A stretch of 64,000 bases of DNA, taken from contig OZ240231.1 in NCBI GenBank assembly GCA_965197885.1, positions 1,839,366 through 1,903,365 on the forward strand, in the 5' to 3' direction. The notes under the pieces are model-generated. The model was not told the origin of the DNA. It made no database searches and saw only the letters and a program-made list of their open reading frames with translations. A program made the translations under genes and the position numbers. The stretch is from Thermodesulfobacteriota bacterium. Lineage in GTDB: Bacteria; Desulfobacterota_D; UBA1144; Nemesobacterales; Nemesobacteraceae. Below, piece after piece: positions 60,144 through 64,000 of this stretch (the first letter of the stretch is position 1; every line of letters begins with the position of its first letter).

Positions 60144-61619
60144 CTAGGAAAGACAGCTCACGACGAGGTCTTTTGCCCACTCGGGGGAGGAAATTGCGTA
60201 GTTCCCATACTCCGGCTGATCCGAGAAGGGATTCTCGAAGATCCTCCTTACTTTTTCTATTTCCGAATAGTCTTCCCGCTCAAGAGCCTCCCTTATCGCG
60301 GTCTCCATTATATGGTTTCTCAGGACGTACCTGGGATTAACGGAGTCCATGAGCTTCTTTCTCTTGAGGTCAGGAAGCGAATTTCCCCTGAGCTCCCCGA
60401 CGTACTCACGGAACCACCGCCGCCATTGCTCCGAAGTTTCGGAGAGTTCTACGAGCCATGGGTTTTCCCCGAAAGAGCCGTCACTCTTTACGTCCGAGAT
60501 GTTTCGAAGAAAGATATGGTAATCCGTTTTGAATTCGGCGAGCATCCCGAGAGTCTTTTCGATGAACCGCAGGGATTCCTTTTTTTCCTTTTCAAAACCG
60601 AACTTGCGCAGCATGAGTTCTCTGTAGGCATTTGAAAACGTTTTGTTGTAGACTTCGATTGCGTCCCGCGCCTGTTTTTCGTCCACGAGGCCGTCGAGGC
60701 ATTTTGTGAATTTCTCAAGGTTCCACCGCGCGATTGCGGGCTGGTTCGCGTAGCTGTACCTGCCGAAATGATCCGAGTGGTTTGAGACGTGATCCCTGTC
60801 GAATGTCTCGAGGAATCCGTACGGTCCGTAATCAAGGGTTAGACCCGTTACGGACATGTTGTCGGTATTCATTACGCCGTGGGTGAAGCCGAAAGCCTGC
60901 CACTTTGCGATTGTGGAAGCCGTTTTTTCGGCCGTTGCGGACAAAAAGAGCCCGTAGCCTTCCTTTGTCCGGTGGGGAATCTCGGGGTAGTGGCGGGCGA
61001 TTACGTAATCCGCAAGCGTCTGGACGTTTTCCTCCTCCCCCCGGTGATAAAAGCCTTCGAAAGAACCGAACCGCACGTGGGTTTCCGCGACCCGAAGCAT
61101 CATCGCGGCGGGTTCCCTGGTTTCCCTGTCGATTTTCTCTGTGCTACCCACCACGCAGAGCGCCCTTGTGGAGGGAATCCCCAGATGATGAAGAGCCTCG
61201 CTTCCGAGATATTCTCTTATGGAGGACCTGAGCGTAGCCCTTCCGTCAAAGCCTCTTGAAAACCTGGTCGCTCCGCATCCCTTGAGATGGAGATCCCACC
61301 TGCGGTTTTGCTCATCGATTATCTGCCCGAGCAGAAGCGCTCTTCCGTCTCCAAGGTGCGGGTTATAGACACCGAACTGCCACCCGGCGTAGTACATCGC
61401 CAGGGGGTCTGCGCCCGCGATGGTCCTTTTCCCGCAGAGATACTCTGCCAGAAGGGGGTTTTGTTTCTCGCCGGGGTCTATGCCTATCTGCGCAGCCAGG
61501 TTTTCATTGAACGCCACCATATGGGGGCTCTCAAAGGGGACAGGGTCTTTTTTCTGGTAGAACCCAGGCGGCAGTTCCGCGTAGGCGTTTTCAAAGCGAA
61601 GGTTTGTTATTTTCCTCAT
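60144..61619 (-). CDS. selO: Protein adenylyltransferase SelO (YdiU/UPF0061 family)
   Basis: 491 aa with a SelO kinase-like fold signature (GDGRA, HGVMNTDNMS). Confidence 0.85.
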   Translation of the reverse strand: MRKITNLRFENAYAELPPGFYQKKDPVPFESPHMVAFNENLAAQIGIDPGEKQNPLLAEYLCGKRTIAGADPLAMYYAGWQFGVYNPHLGDGRALLLGQIIDEQNRRWDLHLKGCGATRFSRGFDGRATLRSSIREYLGSEALHHLGIPSTRALCVVGSTEKIDRETREPAAMMLRVAETHVRFGSFEGFYHRGEEENVQTLADYVIARHYPEIPHRTKEGYGLFLSATAEKTASTIAKWQAFGFTHGVMNTDNMSVTGLTLDYGPYGFLETFDRDHVSNHSDHFGRYSYANQPAIARWNLEKFTKCLDGLVDEKQARDAIEVYNKTFSNAYRELMLRKFGFEKEKKESLRFIEKTLGMLAEFKTDYHIFLRNISDVKSDGSFGENPWLVELSETSEQWRRWFREYVGELRGNSLPDLKRKKLMDSVNPRYVLRNHIMETAIREALEREDYSEIEKVRRIFENPFSDQPEYGNYAISSPEWAKDLVVSCLS

Positions 61620-61729
61620 GTCGGGGCGTCCTCTGCCGCTTCGTTACCAAATTACGGAGGATTGGGGAACTGGGGAAAATCCTCGCACCCGGCCGTGGGA
61701 TACCCGCCAGTTCCTGTAAATGAAGTATA

Positions 61730-62032
61730 ATGTTTCTTGGAGAGAGTATGAAATACAGAAAAAACAAGATAAAAACCGAACATTCTATAATAAAGGGACT
61801 CCGCCGTTTTCTTGAGGACAACATTTCGGGCCTTGACCACGTGACGGGAATCATCCCCGGTGAGATAAAGGTCGGTCGCGCCACGGGGGAGAACCTCGCG
61901 GTAAGCTACAAGTACAACACCCGAAGCGGGGCCAAGCTCATAGCGAGAAGCGGCACTTCTGTGCAGGAGGTGTTCATTATTACGAAGGACCCTGAGGAGC
62001 TCAAAACGGTTATAGAGCTTTCAGGCAAATGA
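61730..62032 (+). CDS. Hypothetical small protein
   Basis: 100-aa ORF whose end overlaps the dnaE end. No recognised domain. Confidence 0.3.
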   Translation: MFLGESMKYRKNKIKTEHSIIKGLRRFLEDNISGLDHVTGIIPGEIKVGRATGENLAVSYKYNTRSGAKLIARSGTSVQEVFIITKDPEELKTVIELSGK

Positions 62033-64000
62033 GCTTTCCCTGAGGGTTACCGCTCCTTCCCCGAGCAGCCCCTCCACGTTTTGTATGAGTTCATCCCTGA
62101 AGTCAACCTTGCAGTTTCCGACCCTCAAAACGGCCTCTGAGCGGCTGGTTTTCATATCTATTATCACGGTTGAGTCTCCCGGGAACTTCTCGAGGATTTC
62201 TCTCAGGCTTGTTATGTTCTGCTCGTTTGCGGCTTCACAAGCAATGCTGATATAGACCGCGGAGTTCGTTCTGGTTTCCCTGAGTGAAGAGATGTCGCTT
62301 GTGAGAAGACGTACTTTTTCATCCGAAATCTCGACCCTTCCCTTCACTATTACCGGTTCTACCTTCTGCTCGAGGAGCACTCGCGACCTCTGCAGGACAT
62401 CGTTAAAGACTATCGCTTCGGTGAATCCGTTTAGGTCTTCGAGGGTCAGGTAACCGATAAAACTGGTTCCTTTTTTGGTGTTTTTGATCTCGATCGATCT
62501 CACCACCCCGGCGATTCTCACCTCAGAACCGTCTTTCGCCTGCTTTATGGATTCGGTGTCGTAAAGGGGGCTGTATTTTTCAAGCTCAGAAGAGTACTTT
62601 CGAAGCGGGTGGGATGATATGAAAAACCCGAGCACGTCAAGTTCGTTCTCAAGCCTGATGCGGTCGTCCCATGGCTCGCTTTCCTCAAGCGTCGGGGCGG
62701 TCACTGAATTTGGAAGGTCAAACAGCATTCCCTGCCCGTTTGTCGGCGTGTGATGTTTTATGGAGTTATAGTCGAGCAGAGACTCGCGGGAAGCAAACAA
62801 CCGCGCCCTGCTCGGTTCGAGGGAATCGAAAGCGCCCCCCATCACCAGGCTTTCAAACGCTTTTTTGTTAAGCTTTCTCGAATCCACCCTGGCGCAGAAG
62901 TCGGTAACGGATTCGAATACCCCGTCTTTTTCCCTGGTTCTGACTATTTCCTCGACCAGACTGTCGCCGACGTATTTGATCGCGGTGAACCCGAACAGTA
63001 TTTTCCCGTCTGAAACCGTAAACCCCGAGCAACTGCGGTTTATGTCCGGCTGCAGCACGTCGATTCCAAGTCTTCTGCACTCGGTTATGCCGGAGATCAC
63101 CTTGTCCACATTATGTGCCTCGACGGACATGAAGGCTGCCATGAATTCCGCCGGGTAGTGCGACTTGAGGTAGGCCGTCTGGTAGGTGATCATTGCGTAG
63201 GCGGCGCTGTGACTTTTGTTAAAGGAGTATTCGGCGAACTTCTCCAGAGTATTGAAAAGCTCGCCGGCTTTTTTGCGTTCTATGCCTTTTTTCTCCGCTC
63301 CCGTGAGAAACCTTTTGCGCTGGGCCCTCATTTCGCTTGATTTCTTCTTGCCCATCGCCCTTCGCAGAAGGTCCGCCTCCCCCATGGTAAAACCCGCAAG
63401 CTCGCTTGCCGTCTGCATTATCTGTTCCTGGTAAACGAAAAGGCCGTAGGTCCCCCCCAGTATCTCCCGAAGCGCCGGATGCGGGAAATCAACTTTGCTC
63501 CCCTTTTTTCTCAGGGTGAACTCCTCCGCCATGCCGCTGTCAAGAGGACCCGGGCGGTAAAGCGCAAGGGCGGCCGTTATGTCCTCAAATTCCGAGGGCT
63601 GCAGTTTCGCCAGAAGGTCTTTCATCCCCGCCGATTCAACCTGGAATATCCCCATGGTCGCGCCTTCACTGAGCAGAGTGTAGACCTCCGGGTCGTCAAG
63701 AGGAATTTTGTCCAGGTTAAACTCCTTTTCGCCCTTTTCCTGGTTTTCCCGGACGTACTTTACCGCCTTGTCGATTATGGTAAGGGTTTTAAGGCCGAGG
63801 AAATCGAATTTCACGTAACCCAGCTTCTCTATGGAGTTCATGTCGAACTGGGTTACGATCTCGTCCTTGCTTCCCTTGTATAGGGGTATGTAATCGGCAA
63901 TCGGTTCGTTTGATATCACGATGCCCGCGGCGTGAGTCGAGGAATGACGCACCATGTTCTCAAGCGATTTCGCAAGTTCCACCACTTCGGCAAGCTGCTT
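62021..64000 (-). CDS. dnaE: DNA polymerase III subunit alpha, C-terminal part. The gene runs off the window end.
   Basis: Fingers/beta-binding/OB regions (FNKSHSAAYA, GMLFDL). The ORF is open to nt 64000. Confidence 0.9.
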   Translation of the reverse strand, partial: KQLAEVVELAKSLENMVRHSSTHAAGIVISNEPIADYIPLYKGSKDEIVTQFDMNSIEKLGYVKFDFLGLKTLTIIDKAVKYVRENQEKGEKEFNLDKIPLDDPEVYTLLSEGATMGIFQVESAGMKDLLAKLQPSEFEDITAALALYRPGPLDSGMAEEFTLRKKGSKVDFPHPALREILGGTYGLFVYQEQIMQTASELAGFTMGEADLLRRAMGKKKSSEMRAQRKRFLTGAEKKGIERKKAGELFNTLEKFAEYSFNKSHSAAYAMITYQTAYLKSHYPAEFMAAFMSVEAHNVDKVISGITECRRLGIDVLQPDINRSCSGFTVSDGKILFGFTAIKYVGDSLVEEIVRTREKDGVFESVTDFCARVDSRKLNKKAFESLVMGGAFDSLEPSRARLFASRESLLDYNSIKHHTPTNGQGMLFDLPNSVTAPTLEESEPWDDRIRLENELDVLGFFISSHPLRKYSSELEKYSPLYDTESIKQAKDGSEVRIAGVVRSIEIKNTKKGTSFIGYLTLEDLNGFTEAIVFNDVLQRSRVLLEQKVEPVIVKGRVEISDEKVRLLTSDISSLRETRTNSAVYISIACEAANEQNITSLREILEKFPGDSTVIIDMKTSRSEAVLRVGNCKVDFRDELIQNVEGLLGEGAVTLRESSFA

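Noticed and set aside
1-64000. Search for CRISPR arrays, IS elements, integrases and rRNA
   Set aside because: No regularly spaced short repeats and no transposase- or integrase-like ORFs were seen. No rRNA-like sequence was seen. The only RNA gene I could fold is the tRNA-Gln.

Overview
This 64 kb window is a gene-dense chromosomal segment of a Gram-negative bacterium, with the call resting on Tol-Pal (YbgF-Pal), RND efflux and F-type ATP synthase genes. No CRISPR array, rRNA, transposase or integrase was seen. Both strands are mostly housekeeping genes: an acetoacetate-decarboxylase-family pair, DUF1015, tsaC, and glycolate oxidase glcD-glcE-glcF with an extra gene inserted. Then HU, an efflux adaptor and RND pump, two NifS-like cysteine desulfurases, a CofE-like F420 ligase, GDPD, argC, gap-pgk-fbaB, fbp and an LLM-type flavin oxidoreductase. 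Further on: cvpA, a polyprenyl synthase, a GNAT-meaB-methylmalonyl-CoA mutase operon, queC-queE, an arginase-family enzyme, xseA, cca, atpI-atpB-atpE, hemL, ispE, a tRNA-Gln, pcrA/uvrD, selO and a partial dnaE at the window end. Nine things stand out against that background. (1) Two paralogous secreted proteins carry a signal peptide followed by SRCR, Ig-like and SRCR domains, which is a metazoan-type architecture; they bracket a Cache-like lipoprotein, the tRNA-Gln and uvrD. (2) The efflux operon is disrupted: the intact adaptor is followed by a remnant of the pump gene, then 5.7 kb of unrelated genes, then a remnant of the adaptor gene in front of the intact pump, with a 30-38 nt near-identical junction repeat at both sites. 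(3) A higher-GC AbiEi/AbiEii type IV toxin-antitoxin (abortive-infection) cassette has AT-rich flanks, an operator-like inverted repeat and short flanking direct repeats. (4) A decayed hipBA module keeps an XRE-type HipB with four TGTCT/AGACA half-sites but has HipA truncated to 59 N-terminal residues. (5) A four-gene operon starts with a sirtuin homolog lacking all catalytic residues, followed by a tandem-domain ThyX whose two halves keep complementary motifs, a zinc-ribbon membrane peptide and a pentapeptide-repeat protein. (6) Two ADC-family genes sit in tandem at the window start. (7) A 264-aa hypothetical gene lies between glcE and glcF, overlapping the glcF start. (8) F420-type genes (cofE-like, LLM-type oxidoreductase) occur in a Tol-Pal Gram-negative background. 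(9) The atpI-atpB-atpE group ends without downstream subunits at the decayed hipBA module, and atpE carries an N-terminal extension. Start codons were adjusted where the ORF track clearly over-extended, and GTG/TTG starts are noted. Coordinates of small motifs may be off by a nucleotide or two.
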